Origin: an uncultured archaeon
GTDB lineage: Archaea; Asgardarchaeota; Lokiarchaeia; Sigyniarchaeales; SOKP01
Assembly (NCBI GenBank): GCA_964525635.1
Contig: CAZGJX010000041.1
Coordinates: 1 to 33,275, forward strand
DNA length: 33,275 bases
Reading direction: 5' to 3'
The translations under genes and the position numbers were made by a program. Below are positions 1-10,413 of this stretch, in pieces (position 1 is the stretch's first letter; every line of letters begins with the position of its first letter). Below the pieces are notes generated by a model, which made no database searches, was not told the origin of the DNA, and saw only the letters and a program-made list of their open reading frames with translations.

Positions 1-2
1 TT

Positions 3-3000
3 CGACAACATTTGGATTCCTATAATGATTTTATCGAAAATGAAATGCAACAAATTGTTGATGAAAGCGGGGAAGTTGTACCTGACTTATTAATTCATAT
101 TTCATGAATATACAGGAAATACCCGGTTTCAAAATCAAATTTGGTAAAATAAAGATAGGAAAACCAAAAGTTCGTGAAGCAGACGGCGCAACTATGGAGA
201 TTACTCCAATAGAGGCTAGAATAAGGGAGTTAAGTTATGCGGCAGATATAACTCTAGAAATGACACCAATAACTATTGATGAAAGAACTCAACGAGAAGA
301 ACCAGAAGAAACTCTTGATATATATATTGGAAAGATCCCAATTATGTTAAAAAGTTGTCGATGTCCCTTAGAAGACCTCTCAGAACGAGAATTAATTAAT
401 AGAGGAGAAGATCCATTAGATCCTGGTGGATATTTTATAATTAATGGTACTGAGCGTGTTTTAGTAACTCAAGAAGATTTGGCACCCAATCGAATTCTAG
501 CTGAAGAAGCTAGTAGAAGTTCAAGTGCCACTCATCAAGCAAAAGTTTTTTCGACAAGAAGTGGTTTTAGAGCGCCAGTAACGATAGAAAGAAAGAAAGA
601 TGGAAATCTAAGAGTATCTTTTCCTTCTGTACCTGGGAAAGTTCCACTTGCAATTTTGATGCGAGCCTTGGGATTACATTCAGATAAGGAAATATTCGAG
701 GCTATATCTGAAAATGAAGAAATTCAAAAAGAATTAATACCAGTAATAGATGTTGCATCTGAGATTCAAGTTTTAAAAGATCCTAAAAAATCTCAACAGA
801 ATGCCCTTGATTATATAGGTAAAAGGGTCGCTATTGGACAGACAAAAGATTACCGTATAAGAAGAGCATTACAGGTTTTAGATAGATATCTCTTACCTCA
901 TATAGGAAATAGTGAAGAAGATAGAATAAAGAAGTCCTATTATTTGGGGCAGATGGCTCAAAAAGTAATGGAACTTGCATTAGGATTAAGAGAAACTGAT
1001 GATAAAGATCATTATGCTAATAAACGCTTGAAACTTGCAGGAGATCTATTTACTTCATTATTTAGGGTAGCTTTTCTAAATCTTGTAAAAGATATTAAAT
1101 ATCAACTTGAACGTACTGCTGTAAGAGGTAGAGCCCCCAATATTAAAACTGCAGTAAGAGCAGATGTAATTACGGAAAGAATACGACATGCTCTTGCAAC
1201 TGGTAATTGGGTTGGAGGGAAAGCAGGAGTAAGTCAACTTCTTAATCGAACAAATCATGTTGGAACATTAAGTCATTTAAGACGAGTTATATCCCCATTA
1301 AGTAGAAGTCAACCACATTTTGAAGCACGAGATCTCCATCCAACACAATGGGGAAAAATATGTCCAGCGGAAACTCCTGAAGGGCCAAATTGTGGACTTG
1401 TAAAAAACCTTGGGCTTAGTTCTATAATATCCATTGGTGCAGAAGCTAGAATCATTGAGAATATATTAATTGATTTAGGGGTCGTTCCAATCAATGAAGT
1501 AAAAAATATAAAAGGGGAGAAGGTTAAAGTATTTCTTAATGGAAAATTAGTTGGAGTCCATCAAAAATTTGATGCATTCATCAGAGAAATTAGAGAAAAG
1601 CGCCGAAGAGGAGAAATTGGCCAATATGTTAATATAGGATATTATCATGATTCCAGAGAAATACAAATTAATTGTGATGCTGGACGAGCAACTAGACCAC
1701 TCTTTATTCTTAAAAATAAAAAATCACTGATTAGCGAAGAAGATGTTGAAAAAATTATACAAGAAAAATTAGTTTGGTCTGATCTAATTGAGAAAGGATT
1801 AATTGAATATTTAGATGCTGAAGAAGAAGAAAACGCATATATCGCAATGTTTGAAGAAGATATTAATGAGGAACATACACATCTTGAAATATCTCCTGCA
1901 GCTATCTTAGGCATTTGTGCATCAATTATTCCATTTCCTGAACACAATCAATCACCAAGAAATACGTATGAAGCAGGAATGGTTAAACAAGCTCTGGGAT
2001 TGTTTGCAGCAAATATGCATTTAAGATTGGATACCCGAGGTCATACTCTACATTACCCACAACAACCATTAGTTAAAACAAGTCCAATGGAAATTGTTGG
2101 TTTTAACAAACGCCCCGCAGGACAAAACTTTATTATTGCAATGATGAGCTTTGAAGGTTTTAATATAGAAGATGCAATTATTATTAATAAAGCTTCAATA
2201 GAACGAGGTCTTGCTCGAAGTCATTTTTTTAGAACTTATGATGCTGAAGAAAGAAAGTATCCCGGAGGAGAGGTTGATAAATTTGAGATTCCTGAAAGAG
2301 GTGTGAGAGGATTTAAATCTGCTGAATCTTATAGACTATTATCTGAGAATGATGGTATTATTGAACCTGAAACACAGGTAAATGGAGGAGATGTCTTGAT
2401 TGGAAGGACATCTCCACCAAGATTTATTAAATCATATGAAGAATTTGAATTAATGCAACCAAATCGACGTGAAACCTCAAAAAATATGAGACATAATGAA
2501 AAAGGAATTGTCGATACAGTCTTAATATCTGAAACAGTTGATGGAAACAAATTAGTAAAAATAAAAGTAAGAGATTTAAGAATTCCGGAATTAGGAGATA
2601 AATTTTCATCGAGACATGGTCAAAAAGGGGTATTAGGACTCATGGTTGATGAAGCTGATATGCCTTTTACATCAACAGGAGTAATTCCAGATATAATTAT
2701 AAATCCTCATGCTATGCCTTCAAGAATGACTTTAGGACAATTATTCGAGGGAATTAGTGGTAAAATTGCTTGTAATAATGGACGATTGGGAGACGCGACA
2801 GCATTTGAGTGGAAAAATATAACTAGATTGCAGGAAGAGTTGGTCGAGGCAGGGTTTGAATTTAATGGAAGAGAAACTATGTATAATGGAATTACTGGGA
2901 AAAAATATGAAGCAGGGATCTATTGCGCTCCAATTTATTATCAAAAGCTTTATCATCTTGTTGCAGATAAACTTCATGCACGAGCAAGAGGCCCAGTTCA

Positions 3001-3331
3001 AATATTAACAAGACAACCTACAGAAGGAAGGGCAAGAGAGGGAGGGCTAAGATTTGGAGAGATGGAAAGAGATTGTTTGGTTGGACATGGTTCTGCTTTA
3101 TTGTTGAAAGAAAGATTACTTGATGAATCAGATAAGACTATAATTTTAGTATGTGAAAAATGTGGACTTTTAGCAGTTTATGATAGAAATCGTGATAAAC
3201 GATATTGTCCTGTCTGTGGAGAAGGAACAACAATTTCTAAAGTTATTTGTTCATATGCCTTTAAATTACTTCTACAAGAAATGATGTCTTTAGGACTGGC
3301 TCCAAGACTTAAATTGAAAGAAAAAATCTGA
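3..3331 (+). CDS. rpoB: DNA-directed RNA polymerase subunit B (unsplit Rpo2), 5'-truncated by the window edge; exon 1 <3..86, predicted intron 87..118, exon 2 119..3331
   Basis: Frame 3 from nt 3 reads RQHLDSYNDFIENEMQQIVDESGEVVPD, the conserved Rpo2 N-terminus. ORF 104..3331 carries ETPEGPNCGLVKN, GDKFSSRHGQKG, RQPTEGRAREGGLRFGEMERD and the C-terminal CxxC..CxxC clamp zinc finger. Removing 87..118 joins the two frames. Confidence 0.97.
87..118 (+). other. Predicted 32-nt BHB-type intron in rpoB mRNA
   Basis: Outer helix GTA(78-80)/TAC(120-122); central 4-bp helix CCTG(81-84)/CAGG(113-116); 3-nt bulges AC^T(85-87) and AA^A(117-119); inner helices TAT(88-90)/ATA(110-112) and ATTCAT(93-98)/ATGAAT(104-109). 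Spliced junction CCT GAC ATA CCC GGT = P-D-I-P-G. Confidence 0.88.
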
Positions 3332-3464
3332 TTCTTCTTTATTTCTATATTTATTTCTTTTTTATTGTTATTTGAATTGAGATCTAGTTTTAAGAAAAAA
3401 CAGAAAAAAAAAATAAAAAAAAGAAATTATATTATATAATTTTCAAATAATTTATATTGTTGAC

Positions 3465-3908
3465 TTATAATGGGGCTTGTCCAAATAATCTCCAAATGAA
3501 TTCGTATAATTCTGGAACTAATGTAAATATAATATACAGAATAAAGATTGCAATTAATGAAACCCATAATGCAGAGTCCCATTTTAGATCAATTAGATAT
3601 TTAGTACATACTAATATTAAAAGAAATCCGAATATAATTACTAATCTCATTAAATAGTTAGTTGTACCCCTAATATCTGCTATCGGTTGTCCAATATAAT
3701 TTAAAACTTGCCCTACAGCATTCAAAATTATTGGTAGTAAGACGACAATTATTAATGCTAAAAGAAAGATCATTATAACTTTATCTGAAGCCTTATGCTT
3801 TGATTCGACTAAAATAACTACTATATAAATAACTAAAGCAATTATTATTACTGCGATAATCAATCCAAGAACAAAGAGTAATGTATCATCACCTTCTTGA
3901 AATAACAT
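3465..3908 (-). CDS. Hypothetical membrane protein (about 4 TM helices)
   Basis: 147 aa with four long hydrophobic stretches; GAGGT Shine-Dalgarno-like motif upstream on the minus strand. Confidence 0.8.
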   Translation of the reverse strand: MLFQEGDDTLLFVLGLIIAVIIIALVIYIVVILVESKHKASDKVIMIFLLALIIVVLLPIILNAVGQVLNYIGQPIADIRGTTNYLMRLVIIFGFLLILVCTKYLIDLKWDSALWVSLIAIFILYIIFTLVPELYEFIWRLFGQAPL

Positions 3909-4044
3909 TTTTTACTAACCTCAACTTTTTTTATTAATATATTTAGTGATTATAAAGTTATAGATTGCATTTTTTTTAAATATTAACATTTAAAAATATA
4001 GAAAAAATAATAAAAAATATCTCTATTAACTAATCCAATCGCAA

Positions 4045-4248
4045 TTACAATCCAAAACAAAGCAAAAAGAAATGAATTGAGAATCCTAAAAACACAGAGG
4101 CAATTATAATTAATATAATAGATAATTTAACAGATAATTCTCTACCATATTTTACATGAATTAGTAAAATAATAAATACAATTACTCCAAAAATGAAAAG
4201 TAGCCATGCAAAACTCCATAAAGTTGGGTCTGTAATTTGAGTCAACAT
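4045..4248 (-). CDS. Small hypothetical membrane protein (2 TM helices)
   Basis: 67 aa, two hydrophobic helices separated by a short basic loop. Confidence 0.65.
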   Translation of the reverse strand: MLTQITDPTLWSFAWLLFIFGVIVFIILLIHVKYGRELSVKLSIILIIIASVFLGFSIHFFLLCFGL

Positions 4249-4409
4249 ATAATAAAACCTATATTACTTTTAAAGTTCTTATAAACACGATTATAAATGT
4301 ATTTTTAGTTTTTAAATTAACTAGTGAATAAAAGTTTAAAGGTATGTGACCTTGATTATTAATAATCATTAGCAAAGAATATTGAAGATATAAAAATTAT
4401 TGATAAAAT

Positions 4410-5189
4410 ATGCATTTTTTAAAACAAATTATAGAGAATCCTAATCTAAAAAATCCAGCTAAAGAACATATGAATATTCATCGTCATTTCTATCGTTATT
4501 CAAAGGGTATTTTTATCGGTCCTGCTATTGAGATCAGAAGAACAGCATCCAAAATTTCTTTTAAAGGTTCTTTAGAGTATGAAGATATAATACAAGAGAT
4601 TGTATTAAAAACAATACCAGATAGTAATGTTAATATTGAAGGAGTTTTAATTTCAGGAGCAGATATTAAGGATTTAATTCGTGAATTAGGGGTAGATTGG
4701 GTATTAAAAGCATCAAAAGGTAAAACTAAGAATTATAAAGCTCTAATTTTAGAGGAAATAGGGAAAGAAAAACTTCTTAAAATTATTGAAGAACTTAGAA
4801 AGAATAGTTATTTATTAGTTTCATTTAATTCAGAAGATAAAACATATAAGTTAACTACAAATAAAAGACTGCCTGGTCCCTCAAAAAAGAAACCCGTTGA
4901 TGATGATGTTGCCAAGAGAATAGGTTTCTGTAAAGGAGATATAATTAACAATACAACAAATCTTGAAATTGTTTTAGATGAGCTGTTATATGATTTTAAA
5001 TCAGAACTCCCGGAAAAATGGAAGAAAATAACAATATTAAATAACTATAAGATAAATGAGCTCGAGATTCCCAAGGACATAAAGAATTCTGCAATGTTAA
5101 GAATTATGGCAATTAGAAAGGGAAAATTAATAAGAACCGCACAGATTGATGAAGAATCGGTTGAAAAACAATATTCTATTGTTGTTTAA
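4410..5189 (+). CDS. Hypothetical protein
   Basis: 259-aa ORF with genome-typical composition, directly upstream of tfe; no function recognised. Confidence 0.75.
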   Translation: MHFLKQIIENPNLKNPAKEHMNIHRHFYRYSKGIFIGPAIEIRRTASKISFKGSLEYEDIIQEIVLKTIPDSNVNIEGVLISGADIKDLIRELGVDWVLKASKGKTKNYKALILEEIGKEKLLKIIEELRKNSYLLVSFNSEDKTYKLTTNKRLPGPSKKKPVDDDVAKRIGFCKGDIINNTTNLEIVLDELLYDFKSELPEKWKKITILNNYKINELEIPKDIKNSAMLRIMAIRKGKLIRTAQIDEESVEKQYSIVV

Positions 5190-5251
5190 TAAACACAATC
5201 ATTAAATATAATTATTATTTAAATATTAAGGAACTAAAGGTTATTATAGAA

Positions 5252-5833
5252 ATGACAGAACTTAATCCATTATTAAAATCTTTCTTATATATTATTGGCG
5301 GAGAAATCGCGATAGAAGTAGGTATGGAATTATTAAATTCAGAAGACGAGGATATAACAGATGAGGATATAACAGATAATATAAAAGAAAAAATAAAAGG
5401 TAAGAAAGATTTTGAACCAGATGATGATGAAATTCTAAAATTGAATACAGTACGTAAAACATTATATAAATTATACTCTGAGAAGCTAGCTCAGTTCAGA
5501 AGAATACGAGATAAATCCACTGGATGGTTTATTTATTTTTGGTGGCACGAGTTTGATCTTTTAGATGAGATTTTATTGGAGAAAAAAAATTTACTGAGAC
5601 ATAAACTAAGGGATAGATTAGAATATGAAAAAACTAATTATTTTTTCTCATGTGAGGATTGTGATAAAAAACAGAGAAAACATACATTTAGTGATGCTTT
5701 TGAATTAAATTTTCGTTGTTCTGATTGTGGAGGTCAATTAATTGCTCAAGAAAATCAACATATTATACATTTTTTGAAAGAAAAAATAATTCAAAATCAA
5801 AAAGTTTCCATTTCCATTGATGATCATGTTTAA
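5252..5833 (+). CDS. tfe: Transcription factor E alpha subunit (TFE)
   Basis: Winged-helix motif ITDE..KLNTVRKTLYKLY..RIRDKSTGWFIYFW, followed by a zinc ribbon CEDC..AFELNFRCSDCG. Confidence 0.93.
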   Translation: MTELNPLLKSFLYIIGGEIAIEVGMELLNSEDEDITDEDITDNIKEKIKGKKDFEPDDDEILKLNTVRKTLYKLYSEKLAQFRRIRDKSTGWFIYFWWHEFDLLDEILLEKKNLLRHKLRDRLEYEKTNYFFSCEDCDKKQRKHTFSDAFELNFRCSDCGGQLIAQENQHIIHFLKEKIIQNQKVSISIDDHV

Positions 5834-6381
5834 TCTTCCTTCTTCTTTTTAATAAAAGCAATATCTCCTAATGATGATCCTAGATTTTTTTTCATATATT
5901 TATTAGGATCAACTTCTATAATGTCAGGTTCTTCCAATAGTTTTATCTTAAATTCACGTTCTATTTTATTTGCTAGTTCTATTGTCGGTTTAACCTTTTT
6001 TGTTTCAATTCTTCTAATTAAAGATTCTTTTTCATGTATTCTTTGAGCAAATTGTCCTTGGGTAAGATTATGTTTTTGTCTTACTTTACGAATTTTCTTA
6101 TCATAATCATCTATTATCATTAGCTCATCTTTTAAATTAGATTGATAAGTTTTTTTTGATTTCTCATATTTTTTTTTTATTGGAGGGTTTGTTCTCTCAG
6201 ATACCCTTTTCTTATAATATGGACTTTTATTTGTTTGAATAACATTTTTTCCATGTGTAGCACAACTTTGGCATACAATCATTTTTGCTCCTTCTAATAT
6301 AGTTAGTTGTCCCCTACCCCAAATAACTCCTCCACAAATTGGACATTCTTTATCAATATCTTTTTCATTGTGCTTAGTCAT
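5830..6381 (-). CDS. mbf1: Multiprotein bridging factor aMBF1
   Basis: N-terminal zinc ribbon CPICG..EGAKMIVCQSC, Cro-type HTH (LTQGQFAQRIHEKESLIRRIE), C-terminal SLGD. Confidence 0.92.
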   Translation of the reverse strand: MTKHNEKDIDKECPICGGVIWGRGQLTILEGAKMIVCQSCATHGKNVIQTNKSPYYKKRVSERTNPPIKKKYEKSKKTYQSNLKDELMIIDDYDKKIRKVRQKHNLTQGQFAQRIHEKESLIRRIETKKVKPTIELANKIEREFKIKLLEEPDIIEVDPNKYMKKNLGSSLGDIAFIKKKKED

Positions 6382-7049
6382 GATTTAATCCTATTTTTTT
6401 TTTTTTTCCCTAGGTTGAATTATCAATTCTTAGGATATGAATTTTATTAATAGTAGATTTTGATATTTTAATTTTTATTAATTTATTGCTTAATAGAATT
6501 TAAATTGTTTGACTATGAAAATGAGTAAAATTGTACTCATTTTATTTCAAATAATAATATCATTGACGTTTTATTAAATTTTTTATGGCAATAATCCTAT
6601 ACTTCCTTTCTATCTATAGAAACTGTTTTTAAGGAAATTTATTTCATAATATTCATTCTATTATCTCTTTTAATTCAGAGAGCTTTATTCATTTTTCCAA
6701 CGATCTTAATCCTTTATGATATAGTTGAGTAAATTTAATTCTAGTATTTCATCATATCTTTTATATTTCATTAAGGTTTTAAAGAGGTTAATTTTTAATA
6801 AGTGATTCCATTAATCTAATTAACTCTTTCTCATTTAGGTATTAAATCAATATATTGATAAAGATATAACTATACCAGATTATAGAATCCTAATTTCTCT
6901 ATTTATTTTTATTATCTATATAAAATGATCATAGATTTTTTATTACAGCACTATAATATATACAAAAAGAGAGATAATTAAATATAAATTAGTAAAGGAT
7001 CTTTAATAAAATAAGAGAAAAAAATTAAAATAAACAAGAGAATTTCTAC

Positions 7050-8261
7050 GTGACGACAACAAAATATAAAAAGAAGGAAAAAGAACCCAAGGATGGAGAG
7101 TATTTAATTACTTACACAAGACATTTAGAAAAAAGATTACGGAATTTAGAAACCGAGAAACAATTATTAGATGCTGAAAGATTACGATTAGAACAAGAAC
7201 TACATAGCTTACGGAATGAAATAGACAGATTAAGAGAACCCCCTTTGGTATCTGCTACGATTATTGATATTTTGGATGAAAATACAGGGAGATCTATAGT
7301 TAAAAGTTCTACTGGTCCCAGTTTTGTAGTGAATGCTAGTAGAAAAGTAAAGAATGATAAATTATATTCAGGAATGAGAGTTGCTCTGAATCAAAGAACT
7401 TTTGCAATTATGGAGGTTTTACCGACAAAATTAGATCCATTTGTAAAAGGCATGGAGGTTGTTGATGGTGTTCCTGAAGAGACATACACTGAGATTGGGG
7501 GGCTTGAACAACAACTATTAGAAGTAAGAGAGACTGTAGAATTACCCTTAAAGAAACCAGAATTATTTAAAAAGATTGGTATTGACCCCCCTAAAGGAGT
7601 TTTACTCCATGGCGCACCCGGTACAGGAAAAACATTAATGGCAAAAGCAGTTGCTCATGAAACTGAAGCTTCATTTATAAGAATCATTGGATCTGAGCTA
7701 GTTCAAAAGTTTATCGGTGAAGGTGCTCGATTAGTCAGAGAAATCTTCAATCTTGCAAAACAAAAGGCACCTACAATCTTATTTATTGATGAATTGGATG
7801 CAATTGGTTCTCAAAGACTAAAAATCGCAACTTCAGGAGATAGAGAAGTACAGAGGACTCTTATGCAATTATTAAGTGAATTAGATGGATTTGAATCTAG
7901 AGGAGATATAAAAATCATCGGAGCAACAAATAGAGTGGATATTTTGGATCCAGCTCTTCTAAGACCAGGTAGATTCGATAGAATGATAGAATTTCCCATT
8001 CCTGATGAAGTTGCTAGGGAAGCTATTTTTAAAATTCATACAAGAAAATTGAATTTTGAAAATAAGGACGATTTTAAAATTTACATAAAAAAAACAGAAG
8101 GTTCAACAGGAGCAGATATAAAAGCTATTTGTACTGAAGCTGGAATGTTTGCAATTCGAAGGAATTCAGAAATTATAACAAAAGATGATTTTCTAGCTGC
8201 TATTGATAAAGTCATGAATAAAGTTAAAAATAATTGCATTGAATCAAGGCTTTATTCTTAA
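7050..8261 (+). CDS. pan: Proteasome-activating nucleotidase
   Basis: N-terminal coiled coil; Walker A GAPGTGKT, Walker [20 protein letters not shown]; HbYX-like C-terminus LYS. Confidence 0.97.
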   Translation: MTTTKYKKKEKEPKDGEYLITYTRHLEKRLRNLETEKQLLDAERLRLEQELHSLRNEIDRLREPPLVSATIIDILDENTGRSIVKSSTGPSFVVNASRKVKNDKLYSGMRVALNQRTFAIMEVLPTKLDPFVKGMEVVDGVPEETYTEIGGLEQQLLEVRETVELPLKKPELFKKIGIDPPKGVLLHGAPGTGKTLMAKAVAHETEASFIRIIGSELVQKFIGEGARLVREIFNLAKQKAPTILFIDELDAIGSQRLKIATSGDREVQRTLMQLLSELDGFESRGDIKIIGATNRVDILDPALLRPGRFDRMIEFPIPDEVAREAIFKIHTRKLNFENKDDFKIYIKKTEGSTGADIKAICTEAGMFAIRRNSEIITKDDFLAAIDKVMNKVKNNCIESRLYS

Positions 8262-8329
8262 GTATGTTATCTTACTTTTTTTTTGATAATTTATTTTATT
8301 AAAAATCTATACTTATATTTTTTATAAGG

Positions 8330-8815
8330 ATGGAAACAGAACAATTTTTAGCAATAAGAAAAATCAAGGCAATTTCTGATTATCAATTTGGACCAGAAAT
8401 AACTGATGTTTTATTTAAAGATGTTGAAAATATAAGGATAAAGAGATCGAAAAATACCGATAAAATTCGATACATATACTTAGATGATGAATTATTATTA
8501 ACCTTGAGACCTACAAATAGTTTTTTTACTTTAACTGTTTTATCAGCAAGAAAAATCATTCAAAATATAGTACCCCCAAAATTAAGAGTTATAATACAAA
8601 ATGATATCTCTGAATTTATTAAAAAAGGGCGAAATGTATTTTGTAAACATGTTATTGACATAGATGAGAATTTAAGGCCAATGGATGAGGTTATTGTTGT
8701 AAATCAAGATGGAGATCTCTTAGCTATAGGGAGAGTAAAGATCCCTATTTCCTACATTAAGACTTTTAAAAGAGGAATTGCTATTGATGTGAGAAAAGGA
8801 ATAAAAAAACCTTAA
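8330..8815 (+). CDS. PUA-domain RNA-binding protein
   Basis: DYQFG...GRNVFCKHVIDIDENLRPMDEVIVV...AIDVRKG pattern of stand-alone archaeal PUA proteins. Confidence 0.85.
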   Translation: METEQFLAIRKIKAISDYQFGPEITDVLFKDVENIRIKRSKNTDKIRYIYLDDELLLTLRPTNSFFTLTVLSARKIIQNIVPPKLRVIIQNDISEFIKKGRNVFCKHVIDIDENLRPMDEVIVVNQDGDLLAIGRVKIPISYIKTFKRGIAIDVRKGIKKP

Positions 8816-8872
8816 AAAATTAAAATTTCAATAAATTATTATTATATATTATTAAATTGATATTGTGATTTT

Positions 8873-9355
8873 ATGAAATTACCGAAAGAAATGCAAAAGA
8901 GAGAGGATAATAAACCAAAAAGACCTACTCCCGTCAAAAAGCGACCTGGTCAACAATATGGATCGAGAGCAATGCGTCGAAAAATGCAACAACAGGGAAT
9001 TGATATGGACCAGATAGAAGCAACAAGAGTTATTATTGAAGGTTCAGAAAAAACAATCGTTATAAATCAGCCAGAAGTTGTAAAGATGGAACAAATGGGG
9101 CAAACTATTTTCCAAATAATTGGAACTCCTGAAGATTATGCTTCAGGTGAAATCGATATTGGAGAAATACAAGAATCAGAAGATATAGAGTCAAACCAAC
9201 AATTTGAAGATAATGATATTAAACCTACAATTACCGAAAACGATATTATGTTAGTAGCAGTACAAGCAAATGTTGGAAAAGAGGAAGCTGAAGCTGTACT
9301 AAGAGAATTTGAAGGAGATATTGCAAAAGCAATAGTTCATCTTAAGAATAGATAA
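8873..9355 (+). CDS. nac: Nascent polypeptide-associated complex protein
   Basis: MRRKMQQQGIDMDQIEATRVII..PEVVKM..FQIIG NAC domain, plus C-terminal UBA-like DIMLVAVQANV..GDIAKAI. Confidence 0.92.
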   Translation: MKLPKEMQKREDNKPKRPTPVKKRPGQQYGSRAMRRKMQQQGIDMDQIEATRVIIEGSEKTIVINQPEVVKMEQMGQTIFQIIGTPEDYASGEIDIGEIQESEDIESNQQFEDNDIKPTITENDIMLVAVQANVGKEEAEAVLREFEGDIAKAIVHLKNR

Positions 9356-9430
9356 AATTTTTCTTTTAAATAAATATTAAGAAGGATAATTCATTTTCAC
9401 TTTTATTAATCAATATAACCACGATCTTGT

Positions 9431-9790
9431 ATGTCAAAATATAAACAAAAAAAGGAACAAAAAGTTCAAAGTTCATATGAAACAGATGTAAGATTCGAAA
9501 GGAGTATAGAAATCTCGGGTTGGTTCTTTTTAATTGCTATAATTGGATTCTTAGGTTTGTGGATTATTTTTGATTTTCTTTTGGATGTCTCAATGATAGA
9601 TTTTGAAGCTAATGTATATTCATTTACTTATATTGTCTTTACTGGTACATCTTCTGCTTTTGCATTTAGTGTATCATGGAATATTAAAAGTAATAGAGAA
9701 AAGAAAAAGCAAATATTTTTTGATTGGTTATTAGGGGAATTCTTACTATGTTTATTTGCTATTTTTGCTTTAGCAATATATCAATGGTAA
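9431..9790 (+). CDS. Hypothetical membrane protein (3 TM helices)
   Basis: 119 aa with three hydrophobic segments. Confidence 0.7.
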   Translation: MSKYKQKKEQKVQSSYETDVRFERSIEISGWFFLIAIIGFLGLWIIFDFLLDVSMIDFEANVYSFTYIVFTGTSSAFAFSVSWNIKSNREKKKQIFFDWLLGEFLLCLFAIFALAIYQW

Positions 9791-9909
9791 AATTCTAATT
9801 TACTTGAAAATCAATCTATTTTATAATTTTGCTTTATATTTTTTTGATTTTATGTTTATATATTATTATTTGTTATGAATTATTATTATATTTAGAGATT
9901 AGTTTAATT

Positions 9910-10227
9910 ATGAATAGGAATAAAATTCTATCTGATATTCAAAAAATAGTAGATGAGTGGATTCTTGGACATGGAGGGTATTGGCATCCCCTAGCGATGC
10001 TTGGTGCTGTATTAGAAGAATTAGGGGAATTAAGTCGGGAAATAAATTCTATAGAAGGTTTTAAACCAAAGAAAAATAAGTATAAGATTTCAAATATAGG
10101 AGGAGAATTAGGGGATTTATTATTTGCATTAATTTGTATTGCAAATCATTATAAAATAGATTTAGATGAAGAAATAAAAAAAAGTATAGATAAATTTACA
10201 AAAAGAGATGCAGATCGCTTCATTTAG
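9910..10227 (+). CDS. MazG-family nucleotide pyrophosphohydrolase
   Basis: EELGELSREIN and ELGDLLFALICIAN motifs; likely start is the ATG at 9910, not 9829. Confidence 0.9.
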   Translation: MNRNKILSDIQKIVDEWILGHGGYWHPLAMLGAVLEELGELSREINSIEGFKPKKNKYKISNIGGELGDLLFALICIANHYKIDLDEEIKKSIDKFTKRDADRFI

Positions 10228-10413
10228 ATATTTAATTATTACAACTACTATTTAAAATATTGGAAGGAATACATAATATTTAAGAAAGCATTCTTTTATT
10301 ATTATAGATGAAATTATTATCATGAATCATTATATTATTAATTTAATGGTAAATAAAGCGGAATTTTGTGAGAATTCATATTAAGTATTAATAATTAATT
10401 TTAGATTTTAGAA

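Noticed and set aside
78-115. Spliceosomal-looking GT...CTGAC...CAG interval (38 nt) in rpoB whose removal also restores the frame
   Set aside because: It would shorten the conserved segment by two residues, archaea have no known spliceosome, and the CAG is explained by the CCTG/CAGG BHB helix.
87-118. Sequencing-error frameshift or programmed ribosomal frameshift in rpoB
   Set aside because: There are 32 extra nucleotides, not 1-2; no homopolymer or slippery heptamer sits at the site; and the insert forms an exact BHB.
104-118. ATG at 104 as the true rpoB start
   Set aside because: Conserved RpoB sequence continues upstream to the window edge in another frame.
1076-3001. Short minus-strand ORFs inside rpoB, and similar shadow ORFs inside pan, the Rab-like gene, hps, nmd3, the Get3-like gene, aRF1, panE and DUF72
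   Set aside because: They overlap well-conserved genes and show no recognisable motifs.
5375-5440. TFE insertion as a hidden in-frame BHB intron
   Set aside because: Purine-rich, with no complementary 4-bp helix or inner hairpin found by eye; it reads as ordinary protein.
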